Source: Thermodesulfovibrionales bacterium
GTDB taxonomy: Bacteria; Nitrospirota; Thermodesulfovibrionia; Thermodesulfovibrionales; SM23-35
Direction of reading: 5' to 3'
Assembly: GCA_963715195.1 (NCBI GenBank)
Contig: CAVQRT010000033.1
Location: 1-53,245, forward strand
Length of the DNA stretch: 53,245 nt
Shown here: positions 19,433 through 29,942 of the stretch, piece after piece
Position numbering within the stretch: position 1 is the first letter of the stretch
Layout: every line of letters starts with the position of its first letter
The notes under the pieces: generated by a model
What the model was told of the DNA's origin: nothing
The model's database searches: none
Seen by the model: only the letters and a program-made list of their open reading frames with translations
Position numbers and translations under genes: made by a program

Positions 19433-20782
19433 ATGAAAACGAAGTTTTTTCTCGCCTTCCTGATTGTGATAATCACTGCGCTGCTTTCACATTTTCTGTT
19501 TGAATGGCTCATTATGAGAGATTTTGAGAATTATGTGAACGGCGTTAGAGAGGATCAGCTATTCTGGATTACTGCATCAGCAGAGAACAGTTATGGGAAT
19601 GGGAAATGGATCCCTGAAACATTATCTGAGACCATCCATTGGGCAATGATGATGGGTCTCGATATCAAAATCCTTGATACGGAAGGAAAGGAAGTCGTTT
19701 CATCATCCCGGATTATGAAATCTCTTCATCCTGTAATGAAAAAACGGATGGAAGGCCTTTTCCATATTGATAAAACGAAGGGAACTTACCAGGAATATCC
19801 CCTTTACTCCGGTGGACACATAATAGGGAAACTTTCAGCAAGACCCTTCCAGAAACAGGACATCGCCGAAAAGGAGATGATATTTAAACGGAGAACAAAA
19901 GATTTCCTCATGATATCTCTCCTCATTGCGGGAATAGGTTCTCTCTTGATCGCGCTATTTCTCAGCCGATATCTCTCAAAACCTATAGCGGACCTCAAAC
20001 TGGCTGCAGAAAAAGTAGCACAGGGTAATTTCGGGGTGAGAACAGCTGTTCATTCATATGACGAGGTTGGAAAGCTTTCCGAAGTGTTCAATATGATGGC
20101 GGAGTCCCTCCAGAAGGAGGAGAAATTGAGAAAGCAGCTTATGTCCAATATTGCCCATGAGTTGAGAACGCCCCTGACCATCATGAAGACCCAGGTCGAG
20201 GCATTGTCGGACGGAATAATTACGGACAAGGAAAAAACCTTCCAGAATCTGAACGGCGAGATGGACAGATTAATAAGGTTGGTGAAAGGCATTGAGGATG
20301 TGACCACCGCAGAGGCAAGTTTTTTCAGAAGTCTTGAGGAGACGAACATTACCCTCAAGGAATTTCTTTCAGGAATTGCCTATGAAATGAGGCCTCTATT
20401 CAGGGACAAAAACCTCGCACTGGAATTGCAGGGTGAACAAGACCTGTCGTTTACTGTGGACGCAGAAAAACTTGAGATAATAGTGAGGAACATTCTCACG
20501 AATTCACTGAAATTTACGGATAAAGGCAAGGTGTCGATTCTTTATGGAAAAGAGAAAGACAGGATTTTTATCGAGATAAAGGATACGGGAAAGGGAATTC
20601 ACGAGGAGAACATCTCTTTATTATTTAATCGGTTTTACCGTCTGGAGAAAACAAATAACCAAGGACTGGGCCTTGGACTTGCAATCGCAAAGGAACTGGT
20701 AACGGTAATGCACGGTGAAATAACCGTGAAGAGCAAGATTGGGGAAGGGTCATGCTTCACTATTTTTCTGCCGGTTTCATGA
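19433..20782 (+). CDS. Membrane sensor histidine kinase (HAMP-HisKA-HATPase, BaeS-like)
   Basis: Two TM segments, HAMP, IAHELRTPL, NSLKFT, DTGKGI and GLGLGLAI. Confidence 0.93.
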   Translation: MKTKFFLAFLIVIITALLSHFLFEWLIMRDFENYVNGVREDQLFWITASAENSYGNGKWIPETLSETIHWAMMMGLDIKILDTEGKEVVSSSRIMKSLHPVMKKRMEGLFHIDKTKGTYQEYPLYSGGHIIGKLSARPFQKQDIAEKEMIFKRRTKDFLMISLLIAGIGSLLIALFLSRYLSKPIADLKLAAEKVAQGNFGVRTAVHSYDEVGKLSEVFNMMAESLQKEEKLRKQLMSNIAHELRTPLTIMKTQVEALSDGIITDKEKTFQNLNGEMDRLIRLVKGIEDVTTAEASFFRSLEETNITLKEFLSGIAYEMRPLFRDKNLALELQGEQDLSFTVDAEKLEIIVRNILTNSLKFTDKGKVSILYGKEKDRIFIEIKDTGKGIHEENISLLFNRFYRLEKTNNQGLGLGLAIAKELVTVMHGEITVKSKIGEGSCFTIFLPVS

Positions 20783-20866
20783 GTAAGACTATTCATCCTT
20801 TCGATAAATAAGAGAATTTGTTATTCAATTTGCCTATTCAATATAACGATTAGATAATCTCACACA

Positions 20867-20883
20867 CTTCATAATTTCTTCAT
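20867..20883 (+). promoter_or_regulatory. Candidate OmpR-family direct-repeat binding box
   Basis: CTTCAT-AATTT-CTTCAT (11-bp period), just upstream of the operon that follows the two-component genes. Confidence 0.4.
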
Positions 20884-20904
20884 GATTAGATGGTATCGTT
20901 GATC

Positions 20905-21219
20905 ATGAAGACATTAATCCTCATCATAGGTGCCCTGTTCATCGTTACCACGGGGGCCTTTGTTCATGCCGAAGAAAAAAATGCCACCCCTTTTGGGGCA
21001 GTATGTCCTTCATGCGAAACATACGGATATTGTCAAAAGCCTCTTACATATAGGCAGGCTATTCAAAATCTCACGGCATATTATACAGCGAAGGGACTTC
21101 GTGTTGCGGTCAGCAAACAGTTCGGACGTTTTCTCGAAGCAAATATTTACAGAGAAGGGAATTTCGTCGAGAGAGTTGTTTTTGACAGGCATACGGGGAG
21201 AATAAGACCAATTTATTAG
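20905..21219 (+). CDS. Small exported Cys-containing protein
   Basis: Signal peptide MKTLILIIGALFIVTTGAFVHA, CPSC..YGYC and a PepSY-like C-terminus (VFDRHTGRI). Confidence 0.65.
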   Translation: MKTLILIIGALFIVTTGAFVHAEEKNATPFGAVCPSCETYGYCQKPLTYRQAIQNLTAYYTAKGLRVAVSKQFGRFLEANIYREGNFVERVVFDRHTGRIRPIY

Positions 21220-21230
21220 GAGGGAAACCC

Positions 21231-21755
21231 ATGTCATTCAAATGTTGTGCAAACGAACAAGAGAGGAAAGACATTATGAAAAAAAGTGCGGCACCGATAA
21301 AAACCCTTGTAGCTCTTCTCATAACTGCCTTTGTCATCGGGATAGGTATATCTCCGGTCGTATTTGGTGAAAAAGGATCTTATGAACCTTCAAAGGCTAT
21401 ACAGTCATCTAAAAGTGTCGTGAAGATACCACTTGCACAGGTGAATGACGGGACAGCCCGGTTTTTCCACTATAAGGTTCAAGGTAAGGACATCAGGTTT
21501 TTTGTTCTGAAGAGTTCTGACGGTATTATACGGGCAGCCTTCGATGCCTGTGACATCTGCTATAAGGCGAGGAAGGGTTACAGACAGGAGGGAGACTTTA
21601 TGATCTGCAATAACTGCAGGAACAGGTTCCATTCAGTTAAAATCAACATCCTCAAGGGCGGGTGTAATCCTGTTCCCCTTGAAAGAACCATTTCAGGCAG
21701 CACATTGATCATAAGGGTCCAAGATATCCTGAAAGGAGATTCCTACTTCTCATGA
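21231..21755 (+). CDS. DUF2318 (FtrD-like) exported/membrane FeS protein
   Basis: DACDICY, GYRQEG, ICNNC and GGCNPVPL motifs, with a hydrophobic N-terminal segment. Confidence 0.85.
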   Translation: MSFKCCANEQERKDIMKKSAAPIKTLVALLITAFVIGIGISPVVFGEKGSYEPSKAIQSSKSVVKIPLAQVNDGTARFFHYKVQGKDIRFFVLKSSDGIIRAAFDACDICYKARKGYRQEGDFMICNNCRNRFHSVKINILKGGCNPVPLERTISGSTLIIRVQDILKGDSYFS

Positions 21756-22906
21756 GGCTTTATCATATTTCACTGGGAAATCTCAGGCGGAGAAAAGGGA
21801 AGATGATCCTTCTTTCACTCGGGCTTTCGATTGGTATTGCGGTTGTCATCGCCATGATCGGGATCACCTCTCAGATGAAAAAGGATGTGGAGAAAAAACT
21901 GGATGAGTACGGTGCGAATATTATTGTGTCTCCGAAGTCCAAGGGTTTGAGCCTTCATTACGGAGGTTTACATATTGGGGATACCTCCTATGATATCGAG
22001 GAACTGAGAACCGCTGATGCAAGACGGGTAAGAGAAATTAAGAATAACGCAAACATCAGTGCTGTTGCGCCGAAGATTATCGGTACATATAAATCCTCCG
22101 GAAGGAGCTACCTGCTTGTGGGTGTCGATTTCCCATCGGAACTCGTGGTGAAAAAATGGTGGCAGTGGAGCGGGAAGACACCTGATACAAAGAATGATGT
22201 GCTGATCGGTGCGATGATTGCAAAAAATCTGAACCTTGCCCCCGGCAATATTCTTTCGCTGGGTGGGCAGGATTATCATGTAGCAGGCGTACTGAAAGAG
22301 AATGCTTCCCAGGATGACTTCTCTGTCTTCCTGCACTTAGAAACAGCACAACAGCTGCTCAGGAAGCCGGACCAGCTGAGTATGATTGAAGTAAGCGCTT
22401 TGTGTTCGGCATGTCCCATAGATGATATCGTTGCACAGATAAGTGAGAAACTACCTTATGCCCGAGTCTCACCGGTAAGACAGGCAGTAGCCTTGCGGAT
22501 GCAGACAGTGGAACAGCTCATGAAATTCTCCGCAGCCATATCTGTGGTAATCATTATCATCGGGGCGCTCATTGTCCTGATTTCCATGCTCTCATCTGTG
22601 AATGAAAGGACGAAAGAAATAGGAATCCTCCGTGCAATCGGGTTCAGACAGTGGCATATCGTAAGGGTTATCCTCTTTGAAGCTTTGGTTGTGAGTGGAC
22701 TTTCTGGAATAGCGGGTTGGATTATCGGAAGTGTGTCTACTTCATTGCTGCTCCCTGTGGTAACCGGCACGGGAGGGTTTCTGTTCAATCCCTCTTTGCT
22801 TGCCTTTGCGGCGGGGATCGCGGTGTGCACCGGCATACTCAGCAGTATCTATCCTGCGGTGAAGGCGTCCAGACTTGAGCCCCTTGAGGCTCTCAGATAT
22901 TATTAG
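21752..22906 (+). CDS. MacB/FtsX-family ABC transporter permease
   Basis: TM1, large periplasmic domain and SVNERTKEIGILRAIG. Periplasmic CSAC motif. Confidence 0.9.
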   Translation: MRLYHISLGNLRRRKGKMILLSLGLSIGIAVVIAMIGITSQMKKDVEKKLDEYGANIIVSPKSKGLSLHYGGLHIGDTSYDIEELRTADARRVREIKNNANISAVAPKIIGTYKSSGRSYLLVGVDFPSELVVKKWWQWSGKTPDTKNDVLIGAMIAKNLNLAPGNILSLGGQDYHVAGVLKENASQDDFSVFLHLETAQQLLRKPDQLSMIEVSALCSACPIDDIVAQISEKLPYARVSPVRQAVALRMQTVEQLMKFSAAISVVIIIIGALIVLISMLSSVNERTKEIGILRAIGFRQWHIVRVILFEALVVSGLSGIAGWIIGSVSTSLLLPVVTGTGGFLFNPSLLAFAAGIAVCTGILSSIYPAVKASRLEPLEALRYY

Positions 22907-22914
22907 CAATAAGG

Positions 22915-23580
22915 ATGAAAAGCATGATCGAAATGAAAGAGATAAAAAAGCGGTTTTCGAGTAACGGATCATCCTTTGAGGCCCTAAAAGAGGTGACAAT
23001 TCATATCGGCCAGGGAGAATTCGTGTCAATCGTGGGGCAATCCGGATCCGGGAAAAGTACGCTCCTCTCCATCATCGGGGGTATTACGCCACCGTCCGAG
23101 GGGAAAGTGACAGTCGATTCAATTCCGATATATGAACTCCCGATCGAAAAACTTGCAGACTACAGACGTGAATATATAGGCTTTGTTTTTCAGCAGTTTC
23201 ACCTCCTTTCCTATCTTACAGCAGGAGAAAATGTTATGCTTCCTCTCTGTGTGACAAAGCACAGGGATATGGAAGAGCTTGCCCGAAGTGCACTGAGAAA
23301 GGTCGGCCTTGAACATAAGATGTCCAGATTGCCTTCACAACTGTCCGGCGGAGAACAGCAGCGAGTTGCTATGGCAAGGGCTATTGTAAACAGTCCGCCT
23401 ATAGTCCTCGCCGATGAACCTACAGGAAACCTTGATACGGACACAGGAGAAGATATATTCAGCCTTCTTAAGGAACTCAACAAGGATGGGCATACCATTA
23501 TCCTCGTTACCCATAACAGGGAACTCGCAGAAAGGTCCCAGAGGATTATTACGGTGAAAGACGGGAGACTAATGACATAA
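22915..23580 (+). CDS. ABC transporter ATP-binding protein (LolD/MacB type)
   Basis: [18 protein letters not shown] and [10 protein letters not shown]. Confidence 0.95.
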   Translation: MKSMIEMKEIKKRFSSNGSSFEALKEVTIHIGQGEFVSIVGQSGSGKSTLLSIIGGITPPSEGKVTVDSIPIYELPIEKLADYRREYIGFVFQQFHLLSYLTAGENVMLPLCVTKHRDMEELARSALRKVGLEHKMSRLPSQLSGGEQQRVAMARAIVNSPPIVLADEPTGNLDTDTGEDIFSLLKELNKDGHTIILVTHNRELAERSQRIITVKDGRLMT

Positions 23581-23663
23581 GCGATCTTTTATTTTATCTT
23601 CCCTTCATTTTTTCTCACAATTTCGATGTATTGTAACAACAGAAAAACAATGAACTACAGATG

Positions 23664-25202
23664 TCATATTGGTGGCATACTCACTTTCGCTCGTATAATC
23701 TCCTGAACCATTTCCGTAACAGTCCGGAAGTCCACCTTTCCGCTCCCCATCTTGGGGAGTTCCTCAATTACAACAAACTGCCTGGGGAGCGCAATGTTCG
23801 GGAGCTGTTCAGCCATCTGTTTCATGATCTTCTTTTCATCGACTTTCTCGGTTACCGCCGCAACGATTCTGACCCCTTTCAGTGCATCCGGCACTTCAAC
23901 CACTGAGCAGGTTATGTTTTGAGGAAGGCATTTCTGCAGAACATCTTCAACCCTTACCAGCGAGACCATCTCCCCTCCGATTTTGACGAACCGCTTCAGC
24001 CTGCCGGAATGCCACAGGAATCCGTCGGCATCCAGATATCCCATGTCCCCCGTATCGTACCAGCCATGGCGGATGCGCATTGAGGTCTCCTCGAAATCAT
24101 CCAGATATCCCTGCATGACCAGTTCGCCTTTCACCAGGATTCTGCCAACCTCTCCGGGACCGCACTCTTTGCCTGTCTCATAATTTTCGATGTGCACCAT
24201 AACATCAGGAAGCACTTTGCCGACACTTCCCGGTTTGTTGTGTTCAGGCGTATTGGTTGAAATAACCGGAGATGTTTCCGTAGCACCGTATCCTTCGTAG
24301 AGCGTAATGCCGTGTTTGTCCTGGAATTCTTTTCTCAGGACATCGGGGCATTTATCAGCCCCGCTCACAATAAGCCTGACGCTTTTGAAATCATCCTTCT
24401 CTGATTTGCGGAGATACCCCCAGAGAAAACTCGGGGTACCGACTATAATGGTCGGTCTTTCTTCCCGCACAACGGTGCAAACCATCTTGTAGTCAAGCGG
24501 ATTCGCATAAGCAACAATAGTCATCCCGAAATAGAGCGGCGTCCAGAGGTTAACCGTAAGTCCAAAAACGTGGAAGTATGGAAGGTTTGCAAGCATGACA
24601 TCTTTTTCAAAGATATTGACGGCCTTGCTGAAACTCTCGATATTTGAGGCTATATTCCGGTGCGTCAGTTGCACTGCCTTCGGATCTTTTTCGCTTCCGC
24701 TCGTGAAAAGAATGACAACGTTATCATTTTGTTGCCCTCCGTGCACGATTCTGAGGATGAGTGAAGCAGGAAGTTTTGCCTTGAATGCCGCCTTCAGTTT
24801 ATCTGCTGAAGAGATTGTCTCCATGATATCTTCTATGAAAACCATTCCATCCACAATAGGGCAGTTGATCTTTTCGAGCAGGATTTTTGACGTAATAATC
24901 GTTTTGAAGTTGCATTTTTTCTGGGCATAGAGGGCGTTGTTCGCGGCACCGGTTGAATAGTTGATCATAACAGGCGTTCTCCCGCTCATGAGTGCTCCAA
25001 GGATGGAGAGGGCGCAACCGGCGGAAGTAGGGATCATGATTCCGATGAAGCCTTCCTCGTATGCCTTGAATTTATCCGAGAGGATAAGAGAAGCAATGAG
25101 GGCCTTCGTATAGGTCACCCTTTTGTCAGAGGTACGGTCAATAAAAGCAAGCTTATTGCCGTATCTCCTTGCAACCTTTACAAAATGCTGGTGAAGGAGC
25201 AT
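23664..25202 (-). CDS. AMP-binding enzyme, Aas-type acyl-ACP synthetase domain
   Basis: LFTSGSEKDPK, EGYGATETSP, WYDTGD, GRLKRFVKIGGEMVSL and LPKMGSGKVD resemble the Aas C-terminal domain. No acyltransferase domain. Confidence 0.85.
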   Translation of the reverse strand: MLLHQHFVKVARRYGNKLAFIDRTSDKRVTYTKALIASLILSDKFKAYEEGFIGIMIPTSAGCALSILGALMSGRTPVMINYSTGAANNALYAQKKCNFKTIITSKILLEKINCPIVDGMVFIEDIMETISSADKLKAAFKAKLPASLILRIVHGGQQNDNVVILFTSGSEKDPKAVQLTHRNIASNIESFSKAVNIFEKDVMLANLPYFHVFGLTVNLWTPLYFGMTIVAYANPLDYKMVCTVVREERPTIIVGTPSFLWGYLRKSEKDDFKSVRLIVSGADKCPDVLRKEFQDKHGITLYEGYGATETSPVISTNTPEHNKPGSVGKVLPDVMVHIENYETGKECGPGEVGRILVKGELVMQGYLDDFEETSMRIRHGWYDTGDMGYLDADGFLWHSGRLKRFVKIGGEMVSLVRVEDVLQKCLPQNITCSVVEVPDALKGVRIVAAVTEKVDEKKIMKQMAEQLPNIALPRQFVVIEELPKMGSGKVDFRTVTEMVQEIIRAKVSMPPI

Positions 25203-25203
25203 C

Positions 25204-26532
25204 CTAAAAGCTCATAGTGAGCTGTGCACTGATAATGTCTATATGCGAACTGTATGAACCCTTGAGAGCTCCGCGCAATCTGTCATCGCCCGTTGCCGTT
25301 TTGTCGATATCAGGGTCATTGAGAAAAAGGTGCGCATATCCGATATCAAAACCGAACATATTCGAAACCTTATATCCCAGACCAATCGTTGTCCATATCC
25401 GGTCTGCGTCCGGGATACGGGGGGTTCGGTATTTTGCTTCTGAGACTGCCGATGTATCGTATGCAGTGCCGATTCTGAAAGTCCAGTTTTTATCAGGCAT
25501 ATACGATGCACCGAGTGCATAACGGTAACTGTCCTGCCAATTTTGAATTGTCCTGTTCGACGGCTGCCCGTCATCAAATTTCACGACCAAGTCTTCAAAG
25601 AGGCTCCAGTTTGTCCAGGTAAAATCTGCCATTATCATCCACTGGGGATTGAACTGATGGAAGAGGCTGATTGACAAACTGTCGGGCAGTGTAACATCAG
25701 CCTCTGCTCCTGTATCGCGAAACGTTGAACTGAGAGGTGAGGGAACTTTCGAAAAGTCAGCATCACCTTCAAGAGTATGATCGATTCTGGAACGATACGA
25801 GGCTCCAATACGGGTATTGGTTGTAACCTCATAGAGAAGACCAAGGTTATATCCAACCCCCCAACTGTCGCCTTCAAGATCAAAGAAACCGTCATTCTGC
25901 TGGGGAATCAGTCCGGGAATACCAAAGGAAAACCCGATGGTTCCGAAATCAACGGCGCTGGATAGCTCTGCATCGACATACTGGGCGCTAAAACCGGCAC
26001 CGATGGTCAACTTCTCCATTACCTTATAAGCTACAGAAGGGTTAATATTGATCGACATGAGATCGGACTTGATTGCATGATAACGGCCTACCCAAGTTCT
26101 GCTATACGTGGTGGAGAGACCAAAGGGGGTATTTATGCCAATTCCCGCGGAAAACCGATCACTAACCTTTCTGCTGTAATAGAAATTCGGGATAATCTTT
26201 GCGTCACCGGCATTGCCGTCGTCACCACCGCTGAGTGGTGCCCCGGTGACATGAGTTGATCCCCTGTTCTCAAAGTTCGCATAAGGCATAATAAAATGTG
26301 CTGCTATCACCACTTGGTGATCGCTCAGACGCGTCATGCCTGCCGGATTGAAAAATATCGTTGATGCATCTTCGGCACTTGCGGCCCCTCCGGCATAAGC
26401 GTTGCCTAATCCACTGACCCCCTGTTCAACCAATGCGAAGCCTGCCCCAAAAACAGAACCCACAGACACAAGAGAGATGCATACGACAAAGAAAAGAATA
26501 CCTTTCCAATGATACAATGTCCCCTTCTTCAT
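25204..26532 (-). CDS. fadL: FadL/OmpP1 family outer-membrane long-chain fatty acid transporter
   Basis: Signal peptide, AGFALVEQGVSGLGNAYAG, FNPAGM, PFGL, RIPDADR and a C-terminal Phe. Confidence 0.92.
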   Translation of the reverse strand: MKKGTLYHWKGILFFVVCISLVSVGSVFGAGFALVEQGVSGLGNAYAGGAASAEDASTIFFNPAGMTRLSDHQVVIAAHFIMPYANFENRGSTHVTGAPLSGGDDGNAGDAKIIPNFYYSRKVSDRFSAGIGINTPFGLSTTYSRTWVGRYHAIKSDLMSININPSVAYKVMEKLTIGAGFSAQYVDAELSSAVDFGTIGFSFGIPGLIPQQNDGFFDLEGDSWGVGYNLGLLYEVTTNTRIGASYRSRIDHTLEGDADFSKVPSPLSSTFRDTGAEADVTLPDSLSISLFHQFNPQWMIMADFTWTNWSLFEDLVVKFDDGQPSNRTIQNWQDSYRYALGASYMPDKNWTFRIGTAYDTSAVSEAKYRTPRIPDADRIWTTIGLGYKVSNMFGFDIGYAHLFLNDPDIDKTATGDDRLRGALKGSYSSHIDIISAQLTMSF

Positions 26533-26666
26533 ATTACCCTCCTAAGCATGAATTTCAATGACACGTAAAATTACCTGTTTTGAAAATCAATGTCAAGGGA
26601 AAAGATGCCCGGAGTTTCCTGATTTTTCAGGCCGTTATATACTGAAATTGCTCAAAACAGCATTAT

Positions 26667-26752
26667 TGTCAGGCTGAGTCCCGACATGGGATCGGGACGA
26701 AGAATCTCACACTACCAATACATTGAGATCCATCACTTCGTTCAGGATGACA
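26667..26752. repeat. REP-like palindromic element (second family)
   Basis: Ends TGTCA...TGACA, with internal GTCCCGA/TCGGGAC and GAAGAATCTC...GAGATCC..CTTCG segments. Confidence 0.5.
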
Positions 26753-26937
26753 TCGCGACACAGCCTCCAAGTCAGGAAATAACGCATAACGTAATACTTC
26801 ATTTATACACAGGCACTAAATCCTTTTGATTCTATTAAATAATTCCTCGTTCACTGCATTTGCCCTCAGGGACGGATTCAGTGGAAAAATTTGCAGAAAA
26901 TGCTACAATAGTACACTTTCTTCAGGAGGTACGGTTT

Positions 26938-27501
26938 TTGATTTCGACAAGCGACTTCAGAAAAGGTCTCAAGGTAGAATTCAGGGGCGAGCCCTGCGAA
27001 ATTATAGATTTTCAGCACGTGAAGATGGGCAGGGGAGGTGCTATCGTCAGGACAAAGTTCAAAAACCTGAAGACCGGCGCCGTCCTTGAGGAGACCTTCC
27101 GCTCCGGCGAAAAGCTGGAGAGACCCGGCCTTGAGGAAAAAAGCATGCAATATCTCTATGGGCAGGACGACCTTTATTACTTCATGGATATGGAAACATA
27201 CGAACAGATTCCGCTTACCGCCGGCCAGCTCGGTAATACCAGGAGTTTTCTCAAAGAAAATATGACCGTCAAAATTCTCTATCATAAAGAGATGCCGATC
27301 AGTGTTGAAGTTCCCACCTTCGTGGAACTTGTCGTGGCAAAGACAGACCCTGCGGGATTCAGAGGTGATACAGCCTCGGGAGGCGGCAAACCTGCAACGC
27401 TCGAGACAGGAGCTGTGGTTAAAGTGCCGTTTCACATCAATGAGGGGGATGCCATAAAAATTGATACGCGAACGTCTGAGTACATAGAAAGGGTAAAATA
27501 A
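26938..27501 (+). CDS. efp: Elongation factor P
   Basis: TTG start after [40 protein letters not shown] and IDTR. Confidence 0.95.
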   Translation: MISTSDFRKGLKVEFRGEPCEIIDFQHVKMGRGGAIVRTKFKNLKTGAVLEETFRSGEKLERPGLEEKSMQYLYGQDDLYYFMDMETYEQIPLTAGQLGNTRSFLKENMTVKILYHKEMPISVEVPTFVELVVAKTDPAGFRGDTASGGGKPATLETGAVVKVPFHINEGDAIKIDTRTSEYIERVK

Positions 27502-27935
27502 TGGAACTTGAGGATTTAAAGGAACTCATCGAACTTCTCAAGGATACAGATATTACCGAACTGCAGATCGAGAAAGAAGGGACAAAGGTCAAGATCAGGA
27601 GGGAAAAAATACTCTCCTCCCTTGATATACCTGTTCATAAGTCTCAGGCTCTCCACGAAAAAATCACAGCTGAAACTGAAGACGATACCCAGAGGCTCTT
27701 TACCGTCACATCGCCGATTGTGGGCACCTTTTACAGGGCCCCCTCACCGGACGCAGATCTATTTACCGAGGTCGGGGCAAAAGTCAAAAAAAACCAGGTC
27801 ATCTGCATTGTTGAGGCAATGAAACTTATGAATGAAATTGAGAGCGAGGTCGACGGTATTGTCGTCAAGATATTGGTCGAAAACGGACAGCCCGTTGAAT
27901 ACGGCGAGCCACTTTTTCTCATTGAGCCGGTATAA
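27501..27935 (+). CDS. accB: Biotin carboxyl carrier protein
   Basis: SPIVGTFY and EAMKLMNEI. Confidence 0.96.
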   Translation: MELEDLKELIELLKDTDITELQIEKEGTKVKIRREKILSSLDIPVHKSQALHEKITAETEDDTQRLFTVTSPIVGTFYRAPSPDADLFTEVGAKVKKNQVICIVEAMKLMNEIESEVDGIVVKILVENGQPVEYGEPLFLIEPV

Positions 27936-27953
27936 TCCAAGAACTTTCCCGTC

Positions 27954-29315
27954 ATGAAAGTATTCAAGAAGATCCTCATAGCCAACCGCGGCGAGATTGC
28001 GGTAAGAATCATTCGCGCCTGCAGGGAGAGCGGGATTAAAACAGTTGCGGTGTATTCCGAAGCGGACAGGGCATCTCTCCACGTGCGGCTTGCCGATGAA
28101 TCAGTATGCATAGGACCCGCAAACGTTTCACAGAGCTATCTGAATATTCCTGCCATACTCAGCGCTGCTGAGATAACAGATGCAGATGCCATTCACCCCG
28201 GGTACGGCTTTCTTTCGGAAAACTATCATTTCGCCGAGGCATGTACTACTTCCAACATAACCTTCATCGGTCCTACCTCTGAAAACATTAGGCTCGGAGG
28301 CGACAAGGCAAAGGCCCGGCAGATCATGAAGAGGAAAGGTGTACCTGTCGTTTCGGGGAGTGACGGGCCTGTTCCCAACGAAGAGATTGCGATAAAGGTT
28401 GCAAAGAAGATCGGATTTCCCATCGTCCTAAAGGCATCTGCCGGCGGAGGCGGACATGGGATAAAAATCGTTAAGGAGGAAAAAGACCTTGACCAGTCCT
28501 TCTATCTGGCTCAGCGTGAGGCCCTCACGGCGTTCGGGAACAGCGAGATTTACATAGAAGAATATATCCCGGAACTGAGGCATGTCGAGGTGCAGATTAT
28601 TGCAGACAACAAGGGGAATACCATTTATCTTGGTGAGAGGGATTGCACGATACAGAGGCGTCATCAGAAACTGATAGAAGAATCACCGTCACCGATTTCA
28701 ACAACAGATAAATTTAAAAAGCGGATCGGGGAACTCGGAGTGAAAGCTGCCCGTGCAGTTAAGTACAGGAATGCCGGAACCGTTGAGTTCATCGTTGATC
28801 CGAAAGGCAATATTTACTTTATTGAGATGAACACCCGCATTCAGGTGGAGCATCCCGTGACTGAAGCAGTAACCGGCATCGACATCATCAAGGAACAGAT
28901 CAAACTTGCAGCAGGACTCCCGCTCGATTACAGACAGAACCAGATACGCCCGACGGGTCATGCAATAGAATGCAGGATTAATGCAGAGGACCCGGACCGG
29001 TTCATACCATCACCGGGTACGATCACGTTCCTCTCCCTTCCAGGAGGCCCGGGTGTGAGGGTTGACACCGGAATATACAACGGGTATTCCATACCGTCTC
29101 ACTATGATTCTCTCATTGCCAAACTGATCGTTCACGGCGGGGACCGCTCAGAGGCGATCATGAAAATGAAAAGCGCGCTCGAAGAATTCATCATCGAGGG
29201 GGTTAACACCACTATCCCTTTCCACAAGAAGGTTCTGAACAATCCTGATTTTATCAGTGGAAATTTCCACACTAATTTCATCGAAAAGCTGAACAGTCTT
29301 CGGGAAAATGCTTAG
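27954..29315 (+). CDS. accC: Biotin carboxylase
   Basis: [26 protein letters not shown] and [14 protein letters not shown]. Confidence 0.96.
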   Translation: MKVFKKILIANRGEIAVRIIRACRESGIKTVAVYSEADRASLHVRLADESVCIGPANVSQSYLNIPAILSAAEITDADAIHPGYGFLSENYHFAEACTTSNITFIGPTSENIRLGGDKAKARQIMKRKGVPVVSGSDGPVPNEEIAIKVAKKIGFPIVLKASAGGGGHGIKIVKEEKDLDQSFYLAQREALTAFGNSEIYIEEYIPELRHVEVQIIADNKGNTIYLGERDCTIQRRHQKLIEESPSPISTTDKFKKRIGELGVKAARAVKYRNAGTVEFIVDPKGNIYFIEMNTRIQVEHPVTEAVTGIDIIKEQIKLAAGLPLDYRQNQIRPTGHAIECRINAEDPDRFIPSPGTITFLSLPGGPGVRVDTGIYNGYSIPSHYDSLIAKLIVHGGDRSEAIMKMKSALEEFIIEGVNTTIPFHKKVLNNPDFISGNFHTNFIEKLNSLRENA

Positions 29316-29320
29316 CCGCA

Positions 29321-29941
29321 ATGTATTTCGGCGGTCTTTGCTTTATTACTGATCTCAGAGCCGGCAGAGGTTCTTACGGGGATATGGTGCGCCTGGTACT
29401 CGATGCAGGAGCAACATGGATACAATACCGGGACAAGGAAGGTTCCGGACGGGACATATACCGCACTGCTCTAAACCTCAGAAGCATCACAAAGGATTAC
29501 AACGCCGTGTTCATCGTCAATGATTATACTGATATCGCACTCGCCGTAGAGGCGGACGGGGTTCATCTCGGCCAGGATGACCTTCCTGTTGAAAAAGCCC
29601 GGGAGATACTCGGCAGAGAGAAGCTGATCGGCCTCTCGACCCACACGATAGAACAGGCGGCAGATGCCGAAGCTTCGGGTGCTGACTATCTTGGGTTTGG
29701 CCCTGTCTTTCATACAGAGACAAAAGACGCCGGCAGTCCCAGAGGACTTCAGTTACTTCATCAGTTAAGGAGGCAGATACACATGCCGATTGTTGCGATA
29801 GGCGGGATTACTCTTGAAAATCTCCGGCCGGTTTTGGAGACAGGCATTGATGCAGTTGCAGTGGCTTCAGCGATCCTGAAAGGGGATATTAAAGAGAATA
29901 CAACAAGATTTCTGGAGATTATTCATTCAATAGGAGGTTAA
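29321..29941 (+). CDS. thiE: Thiamine-phosphate synthase
   Basis: QYRDK, VND, DGVHLGQDD, STH, TETK and AIGGI. Confidence 0.94.
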   Translation: MYFGGLCFITDLRAGRGSYGDMVRLVLDAGATWIQYRDKEGSGRDIYRTALNLRSITKDYNAVFIVNDYTDIALAVEADGVHLGQDDLPVEKAREILGREKLIGLSTHTIEQAADAEASGADYLGFGPVFHTETKDAGSPRGLQLLHQLRRQIHMPIVAIGGITLENLRPVLETGIDAVAVASAILKGDIKENTTRFLEIIHSIGG

Positions 29942-29942
29942 G

